In this document: piece by piece, positions 10,249-19,479 of the stretch
Layout: the number at the start of each line of letters is the position of its first letter
Numbering within the stretch: the first letter of the stretch is position 1
Origin: a bacterium
Lineage (GTDB): Bacteria > Patescibacteriota > Minisyncoccia > Moranbacterales > DUUL01
Reading direction: 5' to 3'
NCBI GenBank assembly: GCA_030626045.1
Contig: DAOUPS010000001.1
Coordinates: 1-34,774 of the forward strand
Length of the DNA: 34,774 nucleotides
Translations under genes and position numbers: made by a program
The notes under the pieces: generated by a model
The model's database searches: none
Seen by the model: only the letters and a program-made list of their open reading frames with translations
Told to the model about the DNA's origin: nothing

Positions 10249-11193
10249 TTAGTCATTCCTAATGATCTCTTTAACCGAGTACGGAGTTTCTTTCTTAGTC
10301 TGATAGTATGTTTTAACCGATATGTCAACGAGTAGTCCGGAAATAAAAAACTGAATTCCAAGAATTATGAAAAAGATGCCCATAAGAGGCCAGATTCGAT
10401 TGCCAATCGGCAAGCTGTAAAAAACTCTATCAATAAACATCCAAATAAGGAGACCAAACCCAATAAAATTTAAAACTATTCCGACCCCTCCAAACAGATG
10501 AAGAGGCCTATTAGCATATTTCTTCCAAAACCACACCGAAATCAGATCAAGAAGCCCTTTAAGAAGCCGCTTATAATTATACTTGGTAACCCCTGAAACA
10601 CGAGATCGATGATTGACTGTGATTTCAGTGATCTTAAAGCCCTGAATTTTGAGCAACGCCGGAATAAATCTGTGTATTTCTCCATACAGATCAACTCCTT
10701 CAAAACATTCAGCGCGATACGCTTTCAGAGTGCATCCGCTATCATGAATTGCGTCATTAATAAGCAATTTTCTCAATTGATCCGCTCCGCGGGACAAGAT
10801 CATTTTACTTAACGAGTCTTTCCTGTTCTTTCTCCACCCGGAAACAACATCGTAACCATCGTCCAGCTTTCGTAACAATCTTGGTATGTCAGCCGGATCA
10901 TTCTGCAGATCGCCATCCATCGTTATGATAACTTCTCCCTTCGCTGCCTTGATCCCGGCATCCATTGCCGCCGTCTGCTTGAAATTTTTCCTAAACACAA
11001 TTACTTTTACCGGAGATAATGACCTAAGTTTTTCAAGTGTTTTATCAGTACTGCCATCATCAACAAAAATAATCTCTGCTTCAAGATCGTGCATGCTTAT
11101 AACATCTACTGTTTCCTGGTGCAGCTTTTCAACATTTCCCTCCTCGTTGAATACCGGAATGACAATTGAAATAAATTGTTTAGACGCCTCCAT
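10249..11193 (-). CDS. Family 2 glycosyltransferase, polyprenyl-phosphate sugar transferase type (GtrB/ArnC/DPM1-like)
   Basis: 314 aa. IVIPVFNEEGN, FVDDGSTDKT, MDGDLQNDP (DxD region), plus two C-terminal TM helices typical of this subgroup. Confidence 0.85.
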   Translation of the reverse strand: MEASKQFISIVIPVFNEEGNVEKLHQETVDVISMHDLEAEIIFVDDGSTDKTLEKLRSLSPVKVIVFRKNFKQTAAMDAGIKAAKGEVIITMDGDLQNDPADIPRLLRKLDDGYDVVSGWRKNRKDSLSKMILSRGADQLRKLLINDAIHDSGCTLKAYRAECFEGVDLYGEIHRFIPALLKIQGFKITEITVNHRSRVSGVTKYNYKRLLKGLLDLISVWFWKKYANRPLHLFGGVGIVLNFIGFGLLIWMFIDRVFYSLPIGNRIWPLMGIFFIILGIQFFISGLLVDISVKTYYQTKKETPYSVKEIIRND

Positions 11194-11206
11194 AATATTG
11201 AATTAA

Positions 11207-11220
11207 ATGGGAACAGTCCC
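11207..11220. repeat. Intergenic ATGGRA-N4-TYCC motif copy (ATGGGAACAGTCCC)
   Basis: Fills the mraY-GT2 spacer. It abuts the mraY stop (11221) and lies 13 nt upstream of the GT2 ATG. Confidence 0.45.
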
Positions 11221-12318
11221 TTAACCTCCTCCAATTATCCCGGCCAAAAGGCCGCCCGCTCCGATGACAATATTTATTATCCAAAATCGAACTGTTACTT
11301 TTGTTTCCGGCCAACCTTTAGCTTCGAAATGATGGTGTATTGGAGCCGCTAAAAATACCTTTTTCCCAAAAAACTTTTTAGCAGGAATTTGGATAATCAC
11401 CGAAAGCGATTCCAATACATATATACTTACCAAAAAAGGCAAGATAACAACGGAATTTGTCAGCAAAGCGACAACTCCAAGCGTTGCTCCCAGCGATACT
11501 GCGCCGGTATCACCCATAAAAAACCGAGCCGGATAGAAATTAAACCAGAGAAAAGCCAAAAGCGCCCCGGCAACTACTCCGCAAAAGGCGGCGAGATCCA
11601 TGCGTTCCTGAAAATATGAAATGATTGCGAAAGAAACAAACGCTTGTATTAATATTCCCGTATTTAGTCCGTCCAATCCATCTGTTTCATTGGATGAAAT
11701 TGCTGTTGCAACAATAACAAAAATAGCTAACGGGATATACCAAAAACCTATCTCAAAATTCCCGACTGCCGGAATATGTATTGTTTCCCATCCTAATTTT
11801 GAAAAAAACCACCAAGCTACGATTAATGCTATTAGAAACAACCAAATGAGCCGCCAGGCGAAGCGCATGCCTCCTCCCTTATTTTTTCCGATGCTCCAGA
11901 CACTCATTATATCATCAAAAAGACCCAGCACGGCAGTGGCCGCCAGAGCAAAAAGGGGAAGCCATGTTTGGCTTCTGCTGACAAAATCAAGCCGCCCAAT
12001 CCATACGCACTCAAGCCTTTGAGAAAAATAAGGAGCCATAACACTCATGATACCGGCCAGGATCAGCACAGAACCCCAGATAAGAATGCCGCCCATTGTT
12101 GGCGTTCCGTTTTTATATGCGTGAAGCTTGCTTACAAAAGACAGTTTTTCACCGGAAACCGATGTTTTCTTTATTTTTATGCCCATTCTGTACTTATAAA
12201 GATAATGGGCCAGTAAAGGAGTCAACACCATTGCCAAACCAAAAGAGAACATAGTCAACAGCACCACTTTCGCAATCGCTAAAACCTCAGGAATTGTTTG
12301 TATTTGGGCAATATGCAT
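11221..12318 (-). CDS. mraY: Phospho-N-acetylmuramoyl-pentapeptide transferase
   Basis: 365 aa and polytopic. GTPTMGGILI, DDIMSV, NETDGLDGL, FMGDTGAVSLG, PIHHHFE. Confidence 0.93.
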   Translation of the reverse strand: MHIAQIQTIPEVLAIAKVVLLTMFSFGLAMVLTPLLAHYLYKYRMGIKIKKTSVSGEKLSFVSKLHAYKNGTPTMGGILIWGSVLILAGIMSVMAPYFSQRLECVWIGRLDFVSRSQTWLPLFALAATAVLGLFDDIMSVWSIGKNKGGGMRFAWRLIWLFLIALIVAWWFFSKLGWETIHIPAVGNFEIGFWYIPLAIFVIVATAISSNETDGLDGLNTGILIQAFVSFAIISYFQERMDLAAFCGVVAGALLAFLWFNFYPARFFMGDTGAVSLGATLGVVALLTNSVVILPFLVSIYVLESLSVIIQIPAKKFFGKKVFLAAPIHHHFEAKGWPETKVTVRFWIINIVIGAGGLLAGIIGGG

Positions 12319-12328
12319 AAAAATTTGA

Positions 12329-13417
12329 TTACCGCGGCCATGTATACACTGAGAAAACCCAGCTAAATAAATTTTTCATGTCATCCCAGCGATAATTATC
12401 ATCAAGTAGAACAGCGATAACCTTGCGATTCTTATCATCAGGATGATGAGCCACTGACATGAGAGATCTTCCAGCCTCATAAGTAAATCCTGTTTTCCCT
12501 CCTAAACAATTCGGGAGTTGCTCAAGGAGAATATCAGTATTGAATACATGATGGGTATAAAGTCCATCTTGAGAGTAAAAATCTTTTTCTTTCATTTTCA
12601 TCGCGTTCCAAATCTCATCGTATCGCAGTGAATATGCCGCTACACGAGCAATATCATATGCTGTTGAATAACAAGCGCCCGGATCGTTTTCGTCATCCAG
12701 TCCTGAAGGATTACAAAAATGAGTATCCTTCAATCCAAGTTCATTGGCTTTGTCATTCATCATGTCCGCGAACTTATCCTGGCTTCCGGCAATATGATTG
12801 CCAATCATAACCGCTGCGTCATTGGCGCTATTCATAAGCATTGCCTCAAAAAGATGTTTGGCTAATATCTTTTCTCCAACCTGTAACCGCGTTGATACGC
12901 AATAACCGCTTCTGGGACATCCCACTTTTGTTCCATCCACTAAAATACTTTCCTGGTCCATTGTAATGATTTCGCTTTCAAGGTCATCGATCTTTTCAAC
13001 GGCCAGAATGGCAGTCATAATCTTTGTTAAAGAGGCAATTGCTGCCTTACGTTTGCCGTCCTGATAATGAAGAATTGTTCCGGAGTCCGCATCAATCGCA
13101 ATAGCGCTTCTGGCGCGTACATACATATCCCCAAACGAGTTTTCTTTTTTTACCGGTGCATCGGGCTTGACCTCATAGAGTTCTCCTGATATTGAATTCC
13201 CTACGGTTGTGGCTTGTTTTGTGCCTTCTTTTGTTTGTGTTTCCATATTTACCATTGCTTTTTTTCCCTCAGACACACTTTCAACACGAATGCTATTATC
13301 CTCATTTTCCGTGAAATCTTTAGCACTGATAAAATTCGGCAACAGATAATACCAGGCGGTGATTGAACAGACGATAGAAAAAATACTTAGACAATTTACC
13401 CAATTATAGTTTTTCAT
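12329..13417 (-). CDS. D-alanyl-D-alanine carboxypeptidase (peptidase S11, low-MW PBP)
   Basis: 362 aa. N-terminal anchor, SxxK (ASLTK), SxN (NSAND), and a KTG-like GKTGFT motif. Confidence 0.85.
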   Translation of the reverse strand: MKNYNWVNCLSIFSIVCSITAWYYLLPNFISAKDFTENEDNSIRVESVSEGKKAMVNMETQTKEGTKQATTVGNSISGELYEVKPDAPVKKENSFGDMYVRARSAIAIDADSGTILHYQDGKRKAAIASLTKIMTAILAVEKIDDLESEIITMDQESILVDGTKVGCPRSGYCVSTRLQVGEKILAKHLFEAMLMNSANDAAVMIGNHIAGSQDKFADMMNDKANELGLKDTHFCNPSGLDDENDPGACYSTAYDIARVAAYSLRYDEIWNAMKMKEKDFYSQDGLYTHHVFNTDILLEQLPNCLGGKTGFTYEAGRSLMSVAHHPDDKNRKVIAVLLDDNYRWDDMKNLFSWVFSVYTWPR

Positions 13418-13994
13418 TTTCCGTGTTTTCGTGATTTTTTAGCATTTGGTTCGTCTCAGATCGAGAAACTTGCGGAATGGCATGCGAATGGAGAATATCA
13501 TAATCCGGCAACTCCCGCACAGATTTAAGCCCCGAATTTTTTAAAAAGTCATAGCTCACCTCATATAAATACGCCCTGTTATCAGTGGGGTTCTCCCCAC
13601 GATCAATTATTCCGCGAATAGCCAAATTCCTTAATGTAAAACTGCAATTCACTCCTCTGATATGTTCTATCTGCATTCTGGTTACCGGACCTCTGTACGC
13701 AATAACTGACAATACCTCAAGCGCCGCTTGCGACAATGGTTCATAAAGCTTTTTATTTAGAAACTTAGCAACGGTTTCTCCGTATTGAGGCGCTGACACT
13801 AGCTGAATTGTATGGCCTTTTCTAAAAATTTGCAACCCTCTCTTTTGGCTTTGAAAATTGGCTTCTAATTTTGAAATTTCTTCTTCAATACTTTTCTTTG
13901 TAGTTTTCAGAAAAGAGGCTAATTTGTGGATCTCTACCGGCTCTCCGGCGGCAAATAAGATCGCTTCTATTTGAGATTGGATATTATTTTCCAT
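13404..13994 (-). CDS. scpB: Segregation and condensation protein B
   Basis: 196 aa. IEAILFAAGEPV..., winged-helix repeats, and RGPVTRMQIEHIRGV as in ScpB. Overlaps the downstream gene by 14 nt. Confidence 0.85.
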   Translation of the reverse strand: MENNIQSQIEAILFAAGEPVEIHKLASFLKTTKKSIEEEISKLEANFQSQKRGLQIFRKGHTIQLVSAPQYGETVAKFLNKKLYEPLSQAALEVLSVIAYRGPVTRMQIEHIRGVNCSFTLRNLAIRGIIDRGENPTDNRAYLYEVSYDFLKNSGLKSVRELPDYDILHSHAIPQVSRSETNQMLKNHENTENEKL

Positions 13995-14772
13995 ATCTTA
14001 TAAATTTATGTAAAAAATTATATATCATAAGAAAAATCCGATTTATCTTGTGTTTCTTAAAATAGTAACGTGAAGAATCATCTTCAAGCTTATCCTTATT
14101 CGCGACAACACTGCCATAATGTAAGACTTCAATACTTGGATCATAAATAATTTCAGCTTTCATGTCTCTTAGTCTCCAACAAAGATCTTCTTCTTCTCTA
14201 TATAGAAAAAAATTCTCGTCGAACCCGTTTGCTCTGCAAAAAGCTTTTCTATTGATCATAAACACGGCACCGGAAACCCACGCGACTTGAGAAATTCTGT
14301 CAACATTTTTCCAGATGCTTCCACCAGCTTTTAAAGCTAGTTTAGGTATTAACCCGCGCAATTCTCCATGATCATAAATTTGTGGTTTTTTCTCTTGAGT
14401 GATTAACTTTGGACCAACGACAACAGCACTATCATTTTTCTTTAGGATGTTAAATAGCCTTGAAATGGTCTTTTCTTGAATAAATCTTAAATCCGGATTT
14501 AAGATCAGGATGATTTTTGATTCAGATTTTTTGGAAAGCAGGTTATGACCGCCCCCAAACCCCAAATTTTTATCAGATTTAAAAAATTTTACATAGCTTT
14601 CCTGATATTCTTTCTCCAAGTCCGACAAATTATCCTTAGAATTATTATCCAACACAACAATTTCATAGGATATATCGCTATCCTTGAGATCTTTAATGGC
14701 ATCGTTGATGCACAAATCCAAATAACTTTTTGTGTTATAGTTTACAATTTGTATCGAGATATCGTATCTCAT
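13984..14772 (-). CDS. Family 2 glycosyltransferase
   Basis: 262 aa. ISIQIVNYNTKSYL, VLDNNSKDN, and a GT2 core with GFGGGHN. Inserted between scpA and scpB, overlapping the scpB start by 11 nt. Confidence 0.8.
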   Translation of the reverse strand: MRYDISIQIVNYNTKSYLDLCINDAIKDLKDSDISYEIVVLDNNSKDNLSDLEKEYQESYVKFFKSDKNLGFGGGHNLLSKKSESKIILILNPDLRFIQEKTISRLFNILKKNDSAVVVGPKLITQEKKPQIYDHGELRGLIPKLALKAGGSIWKNVDRISQVAWVSGAVFMINRKAFCRANGFDENFFLYREEEDLCWRLRDMKAEIIYDPSIEVLHYGSVVANKDKLEDDSSRYYFKKHKINRIFLMIYNFLHKFIRYGK

Positions 14773-14781
14773 TCCTGTTTT

Positions 14782-15489
14782 TTATTTCCTTCTCTCAATT
14801 ATTATCTCCCCAAGCAATTTTTCTTGCTTAACACTTATGATCTGCTGTTTCATCATCTCTAACATTGCCAAAAAAGTGACTATGACTTCGATTTTATCTG
14901 ATGCATGAGAAATGGTTTCCTGAAAAGCGACTTTCATTCTTTTTTCTATCGACTGGCCAAGCTGCATAATTTTTTCTTCAATACTAACAACATCTTCCAT
15001 GACATGATGAATAACTTTTTCTTTAGAGGGCACATTCTGTAAAATGTTTGCAAACAGCAAGTGTAATTCTTTTGATGTGATTTTTTGTGAAATAAACGGC
15101 ATATTTTTAAATTGCTCTTCTTTTTTAGAAAATGCCATTTTATTATTTTTTAACAAACCATTGATGTTAGCGGCAGCCTTTTTAAACCGCTGATACTCTT
15201 TTAATCGCTCTTCAAGATCCCTTATATCTTCCTCTTCTTCCTTCGTAAACTCAAATAATGGCAGGAGAGCCCTTGATTTTAATAAAACAAGCTGGGAAGC
15301 AACTGTTAAAAATTCGCTCAAATTTGATAAATTAACGAATTTCTGCGACTCAATAAAAGTGAGATAGCTGTCAGCAACTTCAACAAGTGAAAGCTGTGTT
15401 ATATCAAGCTTTTGTTTTTCAATAAGTTCAAGTAAAAGACAAAGAGGTCCCTCAAAGTGTTGATTTTTTACCGTAAAGTCATTTGGCAC
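14782..15489 (-). CDS. scpA: Segregation and condensation protein A (kleisin)
   Basis: 235 aa. FEGPLCLLLELIEKQKLDITQLSLVEVADSYL is the ScpA N-terminal signature. GTG start. Confidence 0.85.
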   Translation of the reverse strand: MPNDFTVKNQHFEGPLCLLLELIEKQKLDITQLSLVEVADSYLTFIESQKFVNLSNLSEFLTVASQLVLLKSRALLPLFEFTKEEEEDIRDLEERLKEYQRFKKAAANINGLLKNNKMAFSKKEEQFKNMPFISQKITSKELHLLFANILQNVPSKEKVIHHVMEDVVSIEEKIMQLGQSIEKRMKVAFQETISHASDKIEVIVTFLAMLEMMKQQIISVKQEKLLGEIIIERRK

Positions 15490-15534
15490 TGCTTACTTTT
15501 CTTAAAAATAAATTATAGAAGCGACCCCATCGTC

Positions 15535-16098
15535 TTATTTTTTCTCTGTTTTCGTTTTTGTAAAGCTGCCCTTGATCAAATCCGTTTCAAGTTTTTCATA
15601 CCATTTCGGCATCATTTTTATCGACAGTTCATATTCGCCAGATCCAAGATAAAGATATTTTTGTTTCAGCAACAGCCTGTCAACAAATATCAAAAGTTTT
15701 ATAAGTTTCGAGAAAGGAGGCACGGCCCCGATTTTTCCCCGTATGTTCTTTCTCATCCAAGTTTCTTTGGCCAGTTCGACTTTTTTATAAGCTTTCATTT
15801 TTTTCGCTGCCTTTGAATCACTTTCTTTAACTCTCTTTCTTTCCTTTTTGATCCGATCATTAAGAACTTTTTTGAATTTCACTTTATCCAGATCTTTATT
15901 TGAAGAAAGGAGCGCCAAAATATAGTCTTTGTCAGCTTTTAGAACAAGCGCTTTTACTATTTCAGCCGGCTTAACCTTCGTTTTAGCTGTTGTAGCCGCC
16001 TTATCATGAGCAGTATACGTTGTTTTGTGCTCAACAACTTCATACTTTACTTTCGCTTCATCCAGAATTCTCTCCAGTTTTTTTGATACTTTCGACAT
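15535..16098 (-). CDS. YbaK/ProX-like aminoacyl-tRNA deacylase domain protein with a Lys-rich insertion
   Basis: 187 aa. The pattern VKYEVVEH...HDKAA...EIVKALVLKADKDYILALLSSNKDLDKVK...GAVPPF...IFVD...LYLGSG fits the YbaK/EbsC fold. It is interrupted by a K/E-rich stretch (NDRIKKERKRVKESDSKAAKKMKAYKK). Confidence 0.55.
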   Translation of the reverse strand: MSKVSKKLERILDEAKVKYEVVEHKTTYTAHDKAATTAKTKVKPAEIVKALVLKADKDYILALLSSNKDLDKVKFKKVLNDRIKKERKRVKESDSKAAKKMKAYKKVELAKETWMRKNIRGKIGAVPPFSKLIKLLIFVDRLLLKQKYLYLGSGEYELSIKMMPKWYEKLETDLIKGSFTKTKTEKK

Positions 16099-16184
16099 GT
16101 TTTTAATGTTATTGGTAATAACCTATTAATAAAATCATCTATTCAGAGAGACATTATGTCATACACACCATTACTTATTTATTT

Positions 16185-17351
16185 CTATCTCGTGTCATTA
16201 AGGCGAAAGATAGGAGCTAATGCCGTAAAGATCAAAATGGCCAGCATAAGAAACAGCATTTTCAATGGAAGAACAATCAGAAAAAAGCTACAAAGCGCCA
16301 TCCCAAAAATAAAGGCCACGCTTTTTGTCGTCCTAAAATAATCAATGAATCCAATATCCTTCGCATCAACTTTCTTGTAGAAATAAGTATCTCTCATTAC
16401 CTGGATAATTGATGCGCCAATGCGGGTAATAAACAAAATTATCATCCAAAATATAAGATTAGTACTTGAAAGAAAGCTGATTACTCCTGTCGACAAGGAC
16501 ATAATAATGATCCCAATAATTAGCCATTCTTTTTCTCCTGTCCGCGTATCGGCAATAATACCAAGCGGGATTTGAATGATCACAAACGGAATAAGCATAA
16601 CAGTAATTATTTTCCCGATATCAATCCACGAAAATCCAATGCTCAAAAGATATAACGGAGTAAATACGGACATTACACAATAAAAAAGTTCAAGCATGAG
16701 AGATACATAAAAAATTCTCAAAAGATTTTTCCGTTTTAACATCTTTTTCAAAACAACGCGCACGCTGCAACTTTTTCTGGCGGCGTGGTTAATATTTCCA
16801 TAACTGCCGTAAATGATCGCAGCAGCCACTGCAGTTATTAATGAAGCCAAGATGAACACCGGACCAAAACCAAAGCTTTCCACTGTCCATGCGGCCAGAA
16901 ACGGCCCGAAGAGAAATCCCAGATCCATGAATGTAAGGCTTGTTCCCCTCACTTTTCCTGTTGTATCGTTCTGTGTGAAACTTTCAATAAGAACATCAAG
17001 ACTAGCCCAAATAAGCGCATCACCCACAAGAGACCATACCGCAAAAATAACCGCAAAAACACTATGAGAATAAACTCCCATTACTAGTAATGCCAGCATT
17101 TTCACGATCATAAAGAGCAATAATGTTCTTGCCTTCCCGTGCCTCCTTATTAAATGGTGAAGATTGATGAGAATATAAAAAGAAGCCGCGTAAGCAATGA
17201 AATAGAATATTCCAACATTTTCCGTTCCGGTAAGTTCTTTAATGAAGCTCGAAAGAACATAGATCACCAAGGATAATTGAAACCCCAGCAAAAAAACAAC
17301 AGCACTCAACAAGTATAATTTTTGTTTTCTCTTCCTTTTATTTTTTTTCAT
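16185..17351 (-). CDS. MFS transporter
   Basis: About 12 hydrophobic helices with an MFS-like loop motif between TM2 and TM3 (LIRRHGKARTLL). The ORF is open to a GTG at 17387. ATG at 17351 (MKKNKRKRK...) is preferred. Confidence 0.8.
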   Translation of the reverse strand: MKKNKRKRKQKLYLLSAVVFLLGFQLSLVIYVLSSFIKELTGTENVGIFYFIAYAASFYILINLHHLIRRHGKARTLLLFMIVKMLALLVMGVYSHSVFAVIFAVWSLVGDALIWASLDVLIESFTQNDTTGKVRGTSLTFMDLGFLFGPFLAAWTVESFGFGPVFILASLITAVAAAIIYGSYGNINHAARKSCSVRVVLKKMLKRKNLLRIFYVSLMLELFYCVMSVFTPLYLLSIGFSWIDIGKIITVMLIPFVIIQIPLGIIADTRTGEKEWLIIGIIIMSLSTGVISFLSSTNLIFWMIILFITRIGASIIQVMRDTYFYKKVDAKDIGFIDYFRTTKSVAFIFGMALCSFFLIVLPLKMLFLMLAILIFTALAPIFRLNDTR

Positions 17352-17520
17352 GGTAAGGCTAGTAAAACTCCGTGCACTCACGTACACGGTATTTTTTACT
17401 TCTTAGCCGGAGCGGAGCCCCGCACGGAAAGCTCTTTGGGTTTTCCCCTTTATTCACGGACTCACGCCCGGGATTTTCTGGCACGTGAGTAAATTAAGCG
17501 CACGCCTCACAAAAATGAAA

Positions 17521-19287
17521 TTATTTTATTTTTAAATGAAGCTCGTCTAACTGTTTTTTTTCGATTTCGTTCGGAGCGTCCATCATCAAATCCCTTCCGT
17601 CACCTGTTTTTGGAAATGCCATCACATCACGAATACTCGATTTATTCATTAGTACCATAAGCATTCTGTCTATTCCCGGAGCAATGCCTCCATGCGGAGG
17701 AGCGCCGTATTCAAACGCTCTTAAGAAATGTTTAAACTGCTTTTTCCTTTCTTCATTAAAGCCAATGAGATCAAATATTTTTTCTTGAGTTTTTTTATCA
17801 TGGATCCTAATGCTCCCGCCGCCAACTTCAAATCCATTAGCAACGATATCATACTGATACGACCGAGCCTTGCCCGGATCAGTATCAAGTAATTTCAAGT
17901 CTTCATCTTTTGGAGCAGTAAACATGTGATGAGCAGGAGCATAATGCTCATTTTCAAGCCTTTCTTCAAACAAAGGACAGTCGACTATGAACGCTAATGC
18001 GATAAGGTCTTCGTCAATTAAATTTAATTTCTGTCCGAGCTTGATCCTAAGATTTCCCAAACTTTCACAAACAATTGCCTTAGTATCAGCTCCGAAAAAA
18101 ATAATGTCTCCTTCTTTTGCTTCTACTTCTCTAACGATCTTTTTTGCCAATTCGCTTCCAAGAAACTTCACGATCGGTGATTTTAAGCCGCCTTTTTCTA
18201 CAATTATATAAGCCAGTCCTTTGGCTCCAAACTTTTTGACATGCTCGGTTAGTCCATTGATTTGAGATCTGCTTAATTTTAAGGCGGATTTTGGAGCGCA
18301 TAACGCCCTTACAACATTTCCACGCTCAACTGTATCCGCAAACACTTTAAATTTACACCCTTTTACAAGTGAAGTTAGGTCTTTTATTTCCATGCCAAAC
18401 CTTAGATCAGGCTTGTCCACTCCGTATTTTAGCATTACCTCATCGTAATTTAAACGTGGCCATGGCTTGGCAAGAAATTTTTTGTCGGGAAACACGCTCT
18501 CAATTGCTCCCGTGAAAAGATCTTCGGTGAGCTTCAAAATGTCATCTTGCTCTACAAAGGACATTTCCATATCCAATTGAGTGAATTCGGGTTGTCTGTC
18601 ACCGCGAGTATCTTCATCACGAAAACATTTCGCTATCTGATAATATTTGTCAACTCCCGAAAGCATAAGCAGCTGTTTATATTGCTGGGGAGATTGCGGA
18701 AGAGCATAAAATTTTCCAGCTTGTAAGCGAGAAGGAACAAGAAAATCACGAGCCCCTTCAGGAGTGCTTTTGGTCAGAACCGGTGTTTCAATTTCAATGA
18801 ACTCTTTTTCGTTCAGATAGGAACGTAAAAAAGAAATGAATTCATGCCGCTTTATCAAAGTTTCAATTGAACTTTTCTTGCGCAAATCTATGTATCTATA
18901 TTCCATTCTGAGTTCTTCTTTGATTTCATCGATCTTTTCCTCCTCCAATTCAAATGGAGGCGTTTTTGCCCTGTTCAGCACTTTCAGTTCGTCCACATCA
19001 ATTTCAATTTCGCCTGAGTTGAGTTTTTTGTTGATCATGTCATTCGGTCTTTTGATAACCGATCCCTTGGCTTCTATAACCCATTCATTCCTTAGCTCGT
19101 CAGCCTGTTTCCAGACTTTTTTATTGGATTCCGGATCAAAACGCAACTGTGTGATCCCATATCTATCACGCAGATCAATAAATATTATTCCTCCATGATC
19201 ACGCCGCGAGTGAACCCACCCCGCGAGTGTTACAGATATTCCAATATTATGAATATCAAGATCGTTGCAAGTGTGCGTTCTTAACAT
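17521..19287 (-). CDS. aspS: Aspartate--tRNA ligase, bacterial type
   Basis: 588 aa. OB-fold N-terminus (GWVHSRRDHGGIIFIDLRDRYG), class II motifs (FRDEDTRGDRQPEFTQLD; GGGSIRIH; GAPPHGGIAPGIDR), and the GAD insertion domain. Confidence 0.95.
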   Translation of the reverse strand: MLRTHTCNDLDIHNIGISVTLAGWVHSRRDHGGIIFIDLRDRYGITQLRFDPESNKKVWKQADELRNEWVIEAKGSVIKRPNDMINKKLNSGEIEIDVDELKVLNRAKTPPFELEEEKIDEIKEELRMEYRYIDLRKKSSIETLIKRHEFISFLRSYLNEKEFIEIETPVLTKSTPEGARDFLVPSRLQAGKFYALPQSPQQYKQLLMLSGVDKYYQIAKCFRDEDTRGDRQPEFTQLDMEMSFVEQDDILKLTEDLFTGAIESVFPDKKFLAKPWPRLNYDEVMLKYGVDKPDLRFGMEIKDLTSLVKGCKFKVFADTVERGNVVRALCAPKSALKLSRSQINGLTEHVKKFGAKGLAYIIVEKGGLKSPIVKFLGSELAKKIVREVEAKEGDIIFFGADTKAIVCESLGNLRIKLGQKLNLIDEDLIALAFIVDCPLFEERLENEHYAPAHHMFTAPKDEDLKLLDTDPGKARSYQYDIVANGFEVGGGSIRIHDKKTQEKIFDLIGFNEERKKQFKHFLRAFEYGAPPHGGIAPGIDRMLMVLMNKSSIRDVMAFPKTGDGRDLMMDAPNEIEKKQLDELHLKIK

Positions 19288-19370
19288 GCGTTTACTATCA
19301 ACAATTAATTGATTAATTACCTTGAATTACGAAATGGGTTTGTAGCGAGGATTTTGCAGGTGTTTCTTTT

Positions 19371-19386
19371 GTGGGACTGTTCCCCA
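19371..19386. repeat. Intergenic ATGGRA-N4-TYCC motif copy (GTGGGACTGTTCCCCA)
   Basis: In the 192-nt spacer between the response regulator and aspS, 83 nt upstream of the aspS ATG. Confidence 0.35.
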
Positions 19387-19431
19387 ATACTTTTTCTGCT
19401 GAAATTCTGAAACTTTGCTGCGAAACGGTAC

Positions 19432-19445
19432 TTGGAAACAGTTCC
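19432..19445. repeat. Intergenic ATGGRA-N4-TYCC motif copy (TTGGAAACAGTTCC)
   Basis: Second copy in the same spacer, 144 nt upstream of the aspS ATG. Confidence 0.35.
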
Positions 19446-19479
19446 TTTGATGCCGGCTTGTGATCTTTCGTTTAAACTA

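Noticed and set aside
19288-19479. Possible T-box leader upstream of aspS
   Set aside because: Only a fragment (GUACCG) resembles the T-box core. There is no AAnnnGGGUGGUACCGCG-like sequence, no recognisable specifier loop with GAC, and no terminator/antiterminator pair.
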